64,000 bases of DNA from an uncultured Clostridium sp. (GTDB taxonomy: Bacteria; Bacillota_I; Bacilli_A; RF39; UBA660): positions 4,448-68,447 of the forward strand of contig CAZBAZ010000002.1 in NCBI GenBank assembly GCA_964490375.1, written 5' to 3'. Numbering within the stretch: the first letter of the stretch is position 1; every line of letters begins with the position of its first letter. Under the pieces are notes generated by a model, which was not told where the DNA came from, searched no databases, and worked only from the letters and a program-made list of their open reading frames with translations. Below are positions 1 to 9,616 of the stretch, piece after piece. Made by a program: the position numbers and the translations under genes.

Positions 1-297
1 AGTAAGTAAAAATGCTATAAAACTTACTCCAATCATATTAAATGAATAAAGAGTTATAAAAATAGCTAAGATTACATATGAGACTTTTAAAATAGGTTCA
101 ATTAACATTTCTTTAAAATCTAAAAATCTTTTTAACCAATTTAAAAATTTATTATCCATTTTCTTAGTATTTTTAACAAACAAATAATATGCTAAAAAGC
201 CTCCTACAATAGCAAGTATAAAAGCAATTATTGTCCAAACAGCACTACCAGTAAAAGTTGATTCCATAGTATTTGAATAAAAATTATTTCCGTACAT
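1..297 (-). CDS. small membrane protein, N-terminal part (gene runs past window start); DUF4282-like
   Basis: Manual minus-strand translation from ATG at 295-297: MYGNNFYSNTMESTFTGSAVWTIIAFILAIVGGFLAYYLF...LDFKEMLIEPILKVSYVILAIFITL. Two hydrophobic helices, no stop before position 1, AGGAG about 10 nt upstream. Confidence 0.4.
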   Translation of the reverse strand, partial: MYGNNFYSNTMESTFTGSAVWTIIAFILAIVGGFLAYYLFVKNTKKMDNKFLNWLKRFLDFKEMLIEPILKVSYVILAIFITLYSFNMIGVSFIAFLLT

Positions 298-401
298 ATA
301 TATTAACTCCTTTCATAAATATATATTATCACAATAAATAATTATTTACTATTTTTATTTGCAAAAATTTGTCTATTTTTTCATATCATAAGATATCAAT
401 T

Positions 402-2198
402 TTAATTTATTGATTTTCCATTAACATATAATTTATAACCATTAAAATCAATATTACTATTAGATTCATCTTCATTGTTAAATGATGTAACATAACTGTC
501 ACCAGTTAATTTAATTTTAGATGTAGAATCTAATGTTAATGAAATATTTTTAGCACTATTATCACTATTGATTGTACTTTCTAAATATGAATTTTCTTTA
601 AGCGTCATTTCTAAAGTGGATATAGAATCAATAATAATATTACCACTTACTTTTTGATTAGTCATTGTAAGAACAACTTCACCACCATTAGAACCACTAT
701 TTCCCCAAGAATCACTTTTAGCTCTTAAAAAATTACCAGTTGAATCATTATTTACAATAGTATTATTTTCTAAAGTTATATTACATTTAGTATTTGTTAC
801 ATAAATAGTATCACCTTCATTTGTTGTAATACTACTATTTTTTGAATTAAATGTAGCCGTTCCAGTATCTGCATCTCCACTCATAGATTGATAAATAAAT
901 ATATTTTTATATGTTGTTGATTGACCATTTAATTCATCATTATTATCAGTTAAATTAACATTATCTATTGTAACAGAATTTTTTCCTTCGATTACTATTC
1001 CTTCACTTGTTTCAGAATTTAATGTAGCATTTTTAACTGTAATATTTGCAGTTGAATAAATACTTGGAGAACCCTTACCAGTAGTTGTATAAGTTCCACC
1101 ATCGACACTTACCGTTCCTCCACCTCTATCACTTCTAATTGCAGCGCTTGACGTACCAGATGTATTAATAGTTAAATTTGAGGCATTCATAATTCCACCA
1201 CCTGTAGTCATTATTCCACCAGAATTATCTTTAGTAGTAGTAATTTTAGAATCACTTATTATTACTGTAGTTCCATCACTTGAAGAATTGCTTGTAGTAG
1301 CACTACCGCCATAACTAAAAACTCCATTAGCTCCAGTGGCATTTGTTTCAATAGTTGCATTACTTATAGTTAATGTAACACCATCTTTAGCAATAATTGC
1401 AGAATTAGTTCCATAAAAACTAGTATTATCTCCACCGTCAGAGTCACCATTCTTGCTTACATTTATATTTGAAAGATTTACATCAATTTCCCCACTAACT
1501 AATATTACATTTTCATCTTTAGTAGTAGATGAATAGCTTTCACTATCAATAGTAGTATTTTCTGTTATTTCATTTTTTGAACTATACGTTATATTAGTAG
1601 AGTTTCCACCTTCAAAACCATTATTTGAATTATTATTGTTAACATATGTAACAATAAAAACACATAATGTTGTTAACAAAGCAGTGACAACAACAATAGA
1701 TAAAATACCAATTATAATTTTATCTTTATTAGCAAAGGTTTCTTTAATATTTTTACTATTAAAATTAGACATAATTAAATACACTAACAAAATACTAATT
1801 ATTAAACTTTCAATCCCAAAAAATACATAATATTTAGTTTCCAATTTACTTGACATATTATTTTCACTAGGCATTTCATGCTTTGACATTTCATTATCAT
1901 TTTGACCACTTTGCATATTATCCTGTTGATTATTATCCCCTTCTGGTTTCTCTGGAGGCGTCTGTGAATCACTTCCCTCTGGTTTTTCAGGAGGTGTTTG
2001 AGAATTATCTCCATCAGCCTTCTCTGGAGGTGTTTGAGAGACATCAGTACTTGACATACTTGGAGGATTTCCTCCCATCTCCATCATATTACCAAAACTA
2101 CCCATACTATTTTTAGCCTTTACAACTGTAAATACTGTAAGACCAATCATAATAATCATAATTCCTATAACTATTATATTTTTAGTTTTTCTTTTCAT
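402..2198 (-). CDS. membrane protein with Pro-rich 12-aa repeats and a C-terminal Asn/Thr/Ser/Gly-rich beta-strand-repeat domain (DUF4097/LiaG-like putative adhesin fold)
   Basis: ORF track 402..2213. The better start is MKRKTKN at 2196-2198, preceded by AGGGAG. There is a signal-anchor helix, then SQTPPEKPEG x3, two more TM helices, then about 400 aa of repetitive G/S/T/N beta-strand repeats ending GDSYVTSF...NGYKLYVNG. Confidence 0.5.
   Translation of the reverse strand: MKRKTKNIIVIGIMIIMIGLTVFTVVKAKNSMGSFGNMMEMGGNPPSMSSTDVSQTPPEKADGDNSQTPPEKPEGSDSQTPPEKPEGDNNQQDNMQSGQNDNEMSKHEMPSENNMSSKLETKYYVFFGIESLIISILLVYLIMSNFNSKNIKETFANKDKIIIGILSIVVVTALLTTLCVFIVTYVNNNNSNNGFEGGNSTNITYSSKNEITENTTIDSESYSSTTKDENVILVSGEIDVNLSNINVSKNGDSDGGDNTSFYGTNSAIIAKDGVTLTISNATIETNATGANGVFSYGGSATTSNSSSDGTTVIISDSKITTTKDNSGGIMTTGGGIMNASNLTINTSGTSSAAIRSDRGGGTVSVDGGTYTTTGKGSPSIYSTANITVKNATLNSETSEGIVIEGKNSVTIDNVNLTDNNDELNGQSTTYKNIFIYQSMSGDADTGTATFNSKNSSITTNEGDTIYVTNTKCNITLENNTIVNNDSTGNFLRAKSDSWGNSGSNGGEVVLTMTNQKVSGNIIIDSISTLEMTLKENSYLESTINSDNSAKNISLTLDSTSKIKLTGDSYVTSFNNEDESNSNIDFNGYKLYVNGKSIN
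1932..2039 (-). repeat. 36-bp x3 in-frame tandem repeat encoding SQTPPEK(A/P)(D/E)G(S/D)(N/D)
   Basis: Three near-identical 12-aa units at residues 59-94 of the ORF. The DNA shows repeated ctctggaggtgtttgagaa units. Confidence 0.7.
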
Positions 2199-2258
2199 AT
2201 ATTCTCCCTTCATTAAATCAATAATAATATGGAAATATTAAATAAAAATTAAAAAGTT

Positions 2259-3488
2259 TTATTTTTTTAATAAAACTTTAAAAGTAGTTTTTCCACCACC
2301 AGAACTAGCACTTATTTTACCATTATGATTTGTAACAATATTTTTAGCAATAGCAAGTCCTAAACCATAACTACCACTTTTTCTATTTCTAGATTTGTCT
2401 GTTCTATAAAATCTATCAAATATTTTTTCTTCTTCGTCCTTTTTAATAGATTCTCCTCTATTAGTCACACTTAATGTAATTATATTATTTTTCTCTTTTA
2501 AAACTATTTTAATTGTACTTTTAGAATCAGAATATTTAATTGCATTATCAAGCAATATCTCAATTAATTGTTTAATACTTCCTTCATCCATATCAATATA
2601 AATATTATCTTCAATTTCTTCTTCTATTTTTATACCTTTTTCATATGCTACACCATCAAAAGTTAAACATGATAATTCAATTACTTTAGATAAATTACCA
2701 TTTTGCATTTTATATGTTTCAGCATATTCACTAGAAGCCAAATCTAATAAATTAGTTATTAAATTATTCATTCTATTTGATTCATTCTTTATATTATTAA
2801 GCCATTTAGTTTCATTAGGATTTTCTTCCAATGCCTCACTACTAGCTATTATTACCGAAAGAGGAGTTTTTAATTCATGAGATGCATCTTCAATGAATTG
2901 TTTTTGTTTATTAAAACTTTCTTTAACTGGAGTACTAATATAATTAGCAATAGTTTTAGATATTAAAAATATAATAACTTCTAACAATATAAAAATTACT
3001 AAAGATATTTTTAAAGAAATAAGCATATTATCTTTTACACTATTATTATCAACAATAATTAAATAATTACCATTAGAAAAAGAATATGAATACTCTCTAA
3101 AATACAAACAGCCAATACTTACGCCATCATTATTACTTTTCAATATTTTATCAACAATTAAATTTATTTTAGAATTATTAATGTCACTATTAGAATGATT
3201 AATTATTTCTTTTACATTATTATTTGAATCTAGCAAAATAGTATAAACCACTTTATCCATATATTTAACATTATCTTCTTTTTTTTCTTCACCTTCAATT
3301 GGCTTCTCTGGTGGAATATTATCATCTATTTTATTATTTAGATTATTTTTAGAAACATTAAGTGTATTAATAATAGAATTCTTTTGTTCAATATACTTTT
3401 GCACATTAAAAATAGTCATAATAGTTAAAATACTAAAAGTAAAAATAATCATAATAGTATAAAATATTTTATTTTTTAATTTTTCCAT
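2259..3488 (-). CDS. sensor histidine kinase (HisKA + HATPase_c) with extracytoplasmic sensor loop between two TM helices
   Basis: H-box EDASHELKTPLSVI. N/G-box SVTNRGESI...GSYGLGLAIAKNIV. Two TM segments flank a ~140-aa loop. Start ATG overlaps the regulator stop (TAATG). Confidence 0.85.
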   Translation of the reverse strand: MEKLKNKIFYTIMIIFTFSILTIMTIFNVQKYIEQKNSIINTLNVSKNNLNNKIDDNIPPEKPIEGEEKKEDNVKYMDKVVYTILLDSNNNVKEIINHSNSDINNSKINLIVDKILKSNNDGVSIGCLYFREYSYSFSNGNYLIIVDNNSVKDNMLISLKISLVIFILLEVIIFLISKTIANYISTPVKESFNKQKQFIEDASHELKTPLSVIIASSEALEENPNETKWLNNIKNESNRMNNLITNLLDLASSEYAETYKMQNGNLSKVIELSCLTFDGVAYEKGIKIEEEIEDNIYIDMDEGSIKQLIEILLDNAIKYSDSKSTIKIVLKEKNNIITLSVTNRGESIKKDEEEKIFDRFYRTDKSRNRKSGSYGLGLAIAKNIVTNHNGKISASSGGGKTTFKVLLKK

Positions 3489-4165
3489 TATTTCTCCAAT
3501 TTATAACCTAATCCTCTAACAGCCTTAATTTTTATATTAGAACCTATAGCTTTTAATTTTTTTCTTATAAATGATAAATATGCTTCTAAATTATTAGACT
3601 CACTTTCATTATCTATTCCCCAAACTCTATCATATATTTGTTCTTTAGATAATATTAATTCACTATTATTTATAAAATATTCAAGTATCTTTAATTCTTT
3701 ACATACCAATTCTACACTTTCATTAGTATATTTACATTTCAATTTAGAAGTAGACATATCAAGTTCAATATCACCAAATTCACACACATTACTTTTTTTT
3801 ATTTTACTGGGATCTTTAAGTTGAATGTTTACTCTTGCTAATAATTCATCAATATGAAATGGTTTAGTTATATAATCGTTAGCTCCATTACATAATCCAT
3901 CAAGTTTATCTTCAATACTAGATTTAGCAGTTAGCATAATAATTTTACAATCTATATTTTTCTCCCTTAACCTTTTTAATATTTCTATTCCATTCATATT
4001 TGGTAACATAACATCAAGAATAATCAAATCATAATTATTTGAACATGCATTATAATATCCATCCAATCCATCATTACATATATACGTATCATACTTTTCA
4101 CTATTAAGTTTAGAAGAAATAATATCTGCTAAAGAATTTTCATCTTCAATAATTAAAATTTTCAT
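3488..4165 (-). CDS. OmpR-family response regulator (receiver + winged-helix)
   Basis: MKILIIEDE...DLIILDVMLP...IIMLTAK receiver motifs. C-terminal SKEQIYDRVWG...VRGLGYKL winged helix. GGTGG RBS 7 nt before ATG at 4163-4165. The track start at 4174 is GTG. Confidence 0.85.
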   Translation of the reverse strand: MKILIIEDENSLADIISSKLNSEKYDTYICNDGLDGYYNACSNNYDLIILDVMLPNMNGIEILKRLREKNIDCKIIMLTAKSSIEDKLDGLCNGANDYITKPFHIDELLARVNIQLKDPSKIKKSNVCEFGDIELDMSTSKLKCKYTNESVELVCKELKILEYFINNSELILSKEQIYDRVWGIDNESESNNLEAYLSFIRKKLKAIGSNIKIKAVRGLGYKLEK

Positions 4166-4239
4166 AATAACCACCCATATAAAAATATAATATATTTATT
4201 AAATAAATATTAAAATCTTTATAGAAAAAACTACTAAAT

Positions 4240-5079
4240 TTATTTATCAATATTAACTCTAAAAGTATATATTACATTATTTTTTTCATAGTATGTAAGC
4301 ATTGAAATTATATATTTTCCACTTTCACCAGAAATATTTAATACATCATTTTCTTTATCATATTCTACATTAACATTTTTATCCAATTTAGGTTTTTTAT
4401 ACCATTCTTTTTCATTACTATATTTATATACTTTAATATTATTTATCTTTTTAAACTTAATACTTAATTCAATTTTATCACCATTTTTAATATTTAATTT
4501 ATCACTATATTTTAAAGATACTTTATAATCACTATCAACACAAGATTCTCTTGATAATTTATTAATATTAGATGTATAACAATATGAATTTAAACTCGCT
4601 TTTATTTTTTGATCATTAATACTAATATATAAATTTTCAGGTACTACTTCATCATAATAATCAATACTAAAAAAATTATATGGAAACAAATGAGTTTCTT
4701 TTCCAGTCTTATATCCGCTTTCATAATTAGCATTAGTTCTATGCCACTTTATAACTTTATAAATTAACGAATTATATTCACAAGTACCACCATCTAAATA
4801 TGTACTTTTAAATGGAAATAATATTAAAATAAGAAATACTAGAATAGCAATCCACATAAAATATCTTTTAACTTCTACTTTCAAAAAAAATCTTACAACA
4901 ATAAATCCAATTATAAATAAAAGTCCAAATCCTAAATATATATAAGACACTAGGTTTAATCCACTATTATTAAAAGATAAATCAATAAATAGTTTTATCA
5001 AAAAAGCTATTAAAAAATAAAGACCAATCACTAACAATATTTTACTAAATTTTTTATTAATTTCTTTCATATACATCAC
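4240..5079 (-). CDS. membrane-anchored hypothetical protein (3 N-terminal TM helices + ~170 aa extracytoplasmic domain)
   Basis: Hydrophobic N-terminus. No recognisable catalytic motif. It lies directly upstream of the TCS on the same strand. Confidence 0.5.
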   Translation of the reverse strand: MMYMKEINKKFSKILLVIGLYFLIAFLIKLFIDLSFNNSGLNLVSYIYLGFGLLFIIGFIVVRFFLKVEVKRYFMWIAILVFLILILFPFKSTYLDGGTCEYNSLIYKVIKWHRTNANYESGYKTGKETHLFPYNFFSIDYYDEVVPENLYISINDQKIKASLNSYCYTSNINKLSRESCVDSDYKVSLKYSDKLNIKNGDKIELSIKFKKINNIKVYKYSNEKEWYKKPKLDKNVNVEYDKENDVLNISGESGKYIISMLTYYEKNNVIYTFRVNIDK

Positions 5080-5095
5080 AATAAAATTTTATCAT

Positions 5096-5124
5096 AAAAA
5101 AAGAGTAAAATCACATTACTCTTT
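5096..5124 (-). terminator. rho-independent terminator downstream of SDR gene
   Basis: Hairpin aaagagtaa-aatcaca-ttactcttt, preceded on the plus strand by an A-run (a U-run in the minus transcript). Confidence 0.5.
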
Positions 5125-5189
5125 AATCTTTTTAAATATATTTTTATAAATTAGATAATAAATATTGTATCTAAATCAAATAATACATT

Positions 5190-5966
5190 TTATACTAAAG
5201 AACCTCCACCATCAACTACTATAAATTGTCCTTGAACATAACTTGAAGCATCGCTTGACAAGAATAAAATTGGCCCACTAACCTCACCATGTCTTCCAGG
5301 TCTATTAGATGGATTCATATGATTATACATCTTCAAAAACTCTTCAGATTTAAATAAAGTATTTTCTGTCATTCCAGTTTCAAATAACCCTGGTCCAACA
5401 GCATTAACAGTTATATTATATCTTGCATAACTACATGCCATTCCCTTGGTTAAACCCAAAACTGCTGCTTTAGATGCATTGTAAGAATGTCTTATAAATA
5501 TATCATCTTTATCAGCAACAACAGCATTAACTGAAGCAACATTAACTATTTTTCCATAATTTTGTTCTTTCATTTTAGGTACAACATATTTACACATTAA
5601 ATACATTCCCTTTACATTAGTATCAAATGACTTATTCCAGTCTTCAACACTTAAATCTTCAACTCCACCTCTAACTGCTACACCAGCATTATTAAGTAAT
5701 ATATCAATACGATTGTAATGTTTAATCACTTCATCAACTGCATTTTTAACACTATCTTCATTAGTAATATCACATTCAACCAACAATATATCAACATTAT
5801 ATTTTTCTAATTCTTTTTTAACATTTTCTAATTTACTTTTAGTTCTTCCAAATAATGCAAGATTTGCTCCCATTGAAGCATAAGAAATAGCTGCATCTTT
5901 TCCAATACCTGATCCTGCTCCAGTAACTAAAGCTATCTTTCCTTTTAAATCAAATAAATTATTCAT
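5190..5966 (-). CDS. SDR-family oxidoreductase (3-oxoacyl-ACP reductase-like)
   Basis: TGAGSGIGKD cofactor loop, NNAG, and YNASKAAV catalytic Y-x3-K. Confidence 0.8.
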   Translation of the reverse strand: MNNLFDLKGKIALVTGAGSGIGKDAAISYASMGANLALFGRTKSKLENVKKELEKYNVDILLVECDITNEDSVKNAVDEVIKHYNRIDILLNNAGVAVRGGVEDLSVEDWNKSFDTNVKGMYLMCKYVVPKMKEQNYGKIVNVASVNAVVADKDDIFIRHSYNASKAAVLGLTKGMACSYARYNITVNAVGPGLFETGMTENTLFKSEEFLKMYNHMNPSNRPGRHGEVSGPILFLSSDASSYVQGQFIVVDGGGSLV

Positions 5967-6009
5967 CTTAAATCACCTAAAAACATTTTACCATATAATG
6001 ATAAAATGT

Positions 6010-7362
6010 TTAATACCTATTCACAAAATTATTTCTTAACTTTTCAATATTATCTTTAGAAGCATACACTTTAATTAGAATATTATAATCAAGAATTTTA
6101 TACTCATTTAAATTATCTATAGTATACCTAACTATTTTAAAAGTATTATGATTACTTTCAAAATAAATTATTACTCTATCTTCTTCATCATCAATATTTA
6201 ATTTACGATAATCAGTATCATAATAAACAATTCTAATATTATCTCTATCTTCAGGAATATACTCAACATTATAATAATCAAAGTATAAATCATCACTCAT
6301 ACTAATAATTTTTTCTTTTGGTTCTTCTATTTCATCAATAGTTACAATATCAAATTTAGTCATACCATATGCAACTAATCCAAAAGATGAACCAAATAAT
6401 ACAAGAGAAATAACTAAACAAACTATAAATAACAATATATTAGTTCTTCTATTAAATATAAAGTTTAATATCATAACTAAAAAGTTAACTAAAAATGCTA
6501 TACAAGAAATACTAAGTATTAATAAACCAGCAAATAATAATCCAGTTTTAATAATTGAGAAAGATAATACAAATGCTATAGCACTACATATAACTCCAAA
6601 TGCAATAAATATCGCAATAAATATAAGAAACATTTTAACAAAGAAAGTAACTATTTTAAATAATCCATTAATAAATCTATAACTAGAATGTTTAGGATCT
6701 CTTATAATGATTTTTTCTTCTTTATTTAATGTTACTTTTTTATTTTCAGTTATTTCTTCTTCATTAATGTCATTTGTAGTATCCTCTTCACTAGTAGCAA
6801 TAACATAATAATCTAAATATCTAATTTTAAATAATTGAAATACAATTACTGCCCCAAAAATCACAGCAAATATATTATAAATATCACTTAAAATATCAAT
6901 AAATCCATAAAATACTCTAGAATTTAAATTAAAATTCTCACTGATACTATAAAAGAAATCAGAAAATAGCCCATTAATTAAACTAAAAATTAGTGCAAGA
7001 ACTCCAATTACTATTATTTGTTCAAATAAACATTTAACTTTATCTTTAAACTTCATACTAGAAAATACATCAAAAACTTTACTCATATAATTAAGAAAAT
7101 CATTAATATATTTACTAACATTAATTTTAGATTTTTGTTCTTTTTCTATTTTTTTAATATTTCCATTTAATAAATCATCTACTCCTACATTATATAATTT
7201 ACATATTAATACTATTTTTTCCATTTCAGGATAAGCTTGTGAACTTTCCCATTTAGAAACAGATTGTCTTGAAACTCCTAATTGTTCAGCTAATGTTTCT
7301 TGAGATAAATTATGTTCCTTTCTAATTCTTTTTAAGTTTTCTGATAAATTATTCATTATCAA
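6010..7362 (-). CDS. XRE-family HTH regulator fused to a polytopic membrane domain
   Basis: N-terminal LSQETLAEQLGVSRQSVSKWE HTH. At least 5 hydrophobic helices in the middle. C-terminal ~130-aa soluble domain. Confidence 0.65.
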   Translation of the reverse strand: MIMNNLSENLKRIRKEHNLSQETLAEQLGVSRQSVSKWESSQAYPEMEKIVLICKLYNVGVDDLLNGNIKKIEKEQKSKINVSKYINDFLNYMSKVFDVFSSMKFKDKVKCLFEQIIVIGVLALIFSLINGLFSDFFYSISENFNLNSRVFYGFIDILSDIYNIFAVIFGAVIVFQLFKIRYLDYYVIATSEEDTTNDINEEEITENKKVTLNKEEKIIIRDPKHSSYRFINGLFKIVTFFVKMFLIFIAIFIAFGVICSAIAFVLSFSIIKTGLLFAGLLILSISCIAFLVNFLVMILNFIFNRRTNILLFIVCLVISLVLFGSSFGLVAYGMTKFDIVTIDEIEEPKEKIISMSDDLYFDYYNVEYIPEDRDNIRIVYYDTDYRKLNIDDEEDRVIIYFESNHNTFKIVRYTIDNLNEYKILDYNILIKVYASKDNIEKLRNNFVNRY

Positions 7363-7394
7363 ACTCCTCCTTTTTTACAGATAAATTATATCTA

Positions 7395-7449
7395 GTAAAC
7401 CAGTTGCAAACTACCAATTATTAGTTGTTTTTTGTAAACATTCAGTTGC
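7395..7449. promoter_or_regulatory. direct repeats GTAAAC-n-CAGTTGC (x2) in promoter region of the XRE-membrane regulator gene
   Basis: gtaaaccagttgc at 7395-7407 and gtaaacattcagttgc at 7434-7449, within the 120-bp intergenic region upstream of the minus-strand gene. Confidence 0.3.
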
Positions 7450-7469
7450 TTTTATATATTTTAACACAA

Positions 7470-7494
7470 AAAAACAACTTTATCAGTTGTTTTT
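7470..7494 (-). terminator. terminator hairpin overlapping nifU stop codon
   Basis: Perfect inverted repeat aaaaacaact-ttatc-agttgttttt. The minus-strand transcript has a U-run after it. The stem is AT-rich and weak. Confidence 0.4.
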
Positions 7495-7923
7495 CAAATG
7501 ACAGTGATGTGGTTTTAATTTACATTTAGAAACTATCTCTTCTTCACTCATCTTTCCCTCTTTTCTATAATAATCTGCAATTGCCTCATGTATTGCTTCT
7601 TCTGCTAATACTGAGCAATGTAACTTAACAGGTGGAAGACCATCAAGCGATTTAACTACATCAACATTTTTTAATTCTAATGCTTCCTCTAGAGTTTTAC
7701 CTTTAATCATTTCAGTAGATACACTACTAGTAGCTATCGCAGCTCCACATCCAAATGTTTTAAACTTAACATCTGTGATAATATTATTTTCTACTTTAAT
7801 AAACATTTTCATAATATCACCACATACAGAATTTCCAACTTCTCCAATACCAGAAGCATCATCTATTTTACCAACATTTCTTGGATTAGTATAATGGTCT
7901 ATTACTCTATCTGAATAATCCAT
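7483..7923 (-). CDS. nifU: Fe-S cluster assembly scaffold NifU/IscU
   Basis: NPRNVG...GDIMKMFIKVEN...FKTFGCGAAIATSS...KLHCSVLAEEAI are IscU/NifU signature cysteines. Confidence 0.9.
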   Translation of the reverse strand: MDYSDRVIDHYTNPRNVGKIDDASGIGEVGNSVCGDIMKMFIKVENNIITDVKFKTFGCGAAIATSSVSTEMIKGKTLEEALELKNVDVVKSLDGLPPVKLHCSVLAEEAIHEAIADYYRKEGKMSEEEIVSKCKLKPHHCHLKNN

Positions 7924-7924
7924 A

Positions 7925-9106
7925 TTATTTATTTTCTCCTTCCATAAATTCTTCCCACAATGGAGACATATTTCTTAATTTATTAACTATTTCAACTAAA
8001 CTATCAATCAAATAATCTATTTCTTCTTTAGTATTATATTTTCCAATAGATATTCTTAATGAACCATGAGCAATTTCATGAGGCAAACCAATAGCAAGTA
8101 ATACATGAGAAGGATCTAAAAATCCAGAAGTACATGCACTACCACTAGAAGCACAAATACCTTTTAAATCTAAATTTAAAAGTAAACCTTCTCCTTCAAT
8201 ATATCTAAAAGAAATATTACTATTACCAGGTAATCTATTTTTAACATTACCATTTACTTTAACATAAGGGATTTTTTCAAGAATACTTGATTCATAATAA
8301 TCTCTTAATTCACTTATTTTTTTATTATGTTCATCTAATTCTTTATATGCTCTTTCCATAGCACTTGCAAGTCCAACAATTCCAGCGACATTTTCAGTAC
8401 CAGCTCTTTTATTTCTTTCTTGATGTCCTCCAGAAATATACTTGTTAAAACTTACTCCATTCTTAACATATAATGCACCTATTCCTTTAGGTCCATAAAA
8501 CTTATGTCCAGACAAAGATAAACTATCAATATTCATTTCATTTACATCTATTTTAATATTACCTATTGCTTGTACAGCATCAGTATGAAAATAAATATTA
8601 TGTTCATGAGCAATTTTTCCTATTTCTTTAATAGGTTGTATAGTTCCAATCTCATTATTAGCAGTCATAACACTAATTAAAATTGTTGTTGGCTTTATTT
8701 CTTTTTTTAATTCTTCTAAATCAATTGTTCCATTTTCATCAACTGAAATATAGCTTACTTCAAATCCTTCTTTTTCAAGATCATAACAACTATCTAATAC
8801 AGCAGGATGTTCAATTTTAGAAGTAATTATATGATTGCCTTTACTTTTATTAGCTCTAGCTATCCCTTTAATTGCAGTATTATCACTCTCACTTCCACCA
8901 GCTGTAAAATATATTTCATTAGGTTTACAATTTAATATATTAGCAACTTTCTCACGTGCTTCTTCAACTGCTTTTCTTGAAGTTTTTCCAAGTTTATATA
9001 TAGATGATGCATTACCATAATTATCAGTTAAGTAAGGCATCATATCATTTAACACATCACTATCCAATTTAGTAGTAGCTGCATTATCAAAATATACATT
9101 TTTCAT
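7925..9106 (-). CDS. nifS: cysteine desulfurase NifS
   Basis: FDNAATT, SLSGHKFYGPKGIGALYV (PLP-Lys) and SSGSACTSG active-site Cys loop. A 1-nt gap separates it from nifU. Confidence 0.9.
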   Translation of the reverse strand: MKNVYFDNAATTKLDSDVLNDMMPYLTDNYGNASSIYKLGKTSRKAVEEAREKVANILNCKPNEIYFTAGGSESDNTAIKGIARANKSKGNHIITSKIEHPAVLDSCYDLEKEGFEVSYISVDENGTIDLEELKKEIKPTTILISVMTANNEIGTIQPIKEIGKIAHEHNIYFHTDAVQAIGNIKIDVNEMNIDSLSLSGHKFYGPKGIGALYVKNGVSFNKYISGGHQERNKRAGTENVAGIVGLASAMERAYKELDEHNKKISELRDYYESSILEKIPYVKVNGNVKNRLPGNSNISFRYIEGEGLLLNLDLKGICASSGSACTSGFLDPSHVLLAIGLPHEIAHGSLRISIGKYNTKEEIDYLIDSLVEIVNKLRNMSPLWEEFMEGENK

Positions 9107-9193
9107 TTTATTTTTCCTTTCCTACCAATTCAATAGGAATTATACTATTTTTTTCCTACCTAGTCAATAGGAATAACGCAAAATAAAAAAGAT

Positions 9194-9589
9194 TTATTTA
9201 ATTAAATCATCTAAAGTCTTACTATCAACATAATCACTTATAACTTGATCTAAACCTTTCCAAAAGGAATAAGTTTTACAATTTTTCTTTCTAGAACATT
9301 CTTCATGTACACAATAAACTGGAGTCAAATCACCTTCAGCAACTCTCAATATATCTCCTACTCTATATTCGCTAGGTTTTCTATTTAATTTATAACCTCC
9401 ATTATTTCCTCTTAATGTATCAACTAAACCAGCTTTATTTAATATAGAAACAATTTGTTCTAAATATTTCATACTTATTTCTTGTCTATTAGCTATATCT
9501 TTAAGTGATATATAATTTTCTTTTCCATTAATAGCTAAATCTATCATAACTCTAAGAGCGTATCTTCCTCTAGTAGAAATTTTCATCAA
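9194..9589 (-). CDS. Rrf2-family transcriptional regulator (IscR/CymR-like)
   Basis: MKISTRGRYALRVMIDLA...ISLKDIANRQEIS HTH with the Cys triad region CVHEEC..KKNC. It sits upstream of nifS-nifU. Confidence 0.85.
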   Translation of the reverse strand: MMKISTRGRYALRVMIDLAINGKENYISLKDIANRQEISMKYLEQIVSILNKAGLVDTLRGNNGGYKLNRKPSEYRVGDILRVAEGDLTPVYCVHEECSRKKNCKTYSFWKGLDQVISDYVDSKTLDDLIK

Positions 9590-9616
9590 AATTCACCTCA
9601 AATCAATTATACAACA

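Noticed and set aside
1636-2116. Three short ORFs overlapping the 402-2198 gene
   Set aside because: They are embedded in or antisense to a longer gene that carries a signal peptide and a good RBS. No independent signals.
402-2213. Possibility that the 603-aa ORF is two genes (small Pro-rich secreted protein + beta-helix protein)
   Set aside because: No in-frame stop separates the parts, and no RBS precedes the internal Met at MSNFNSK. It is treated as one gene pending read-level verification.
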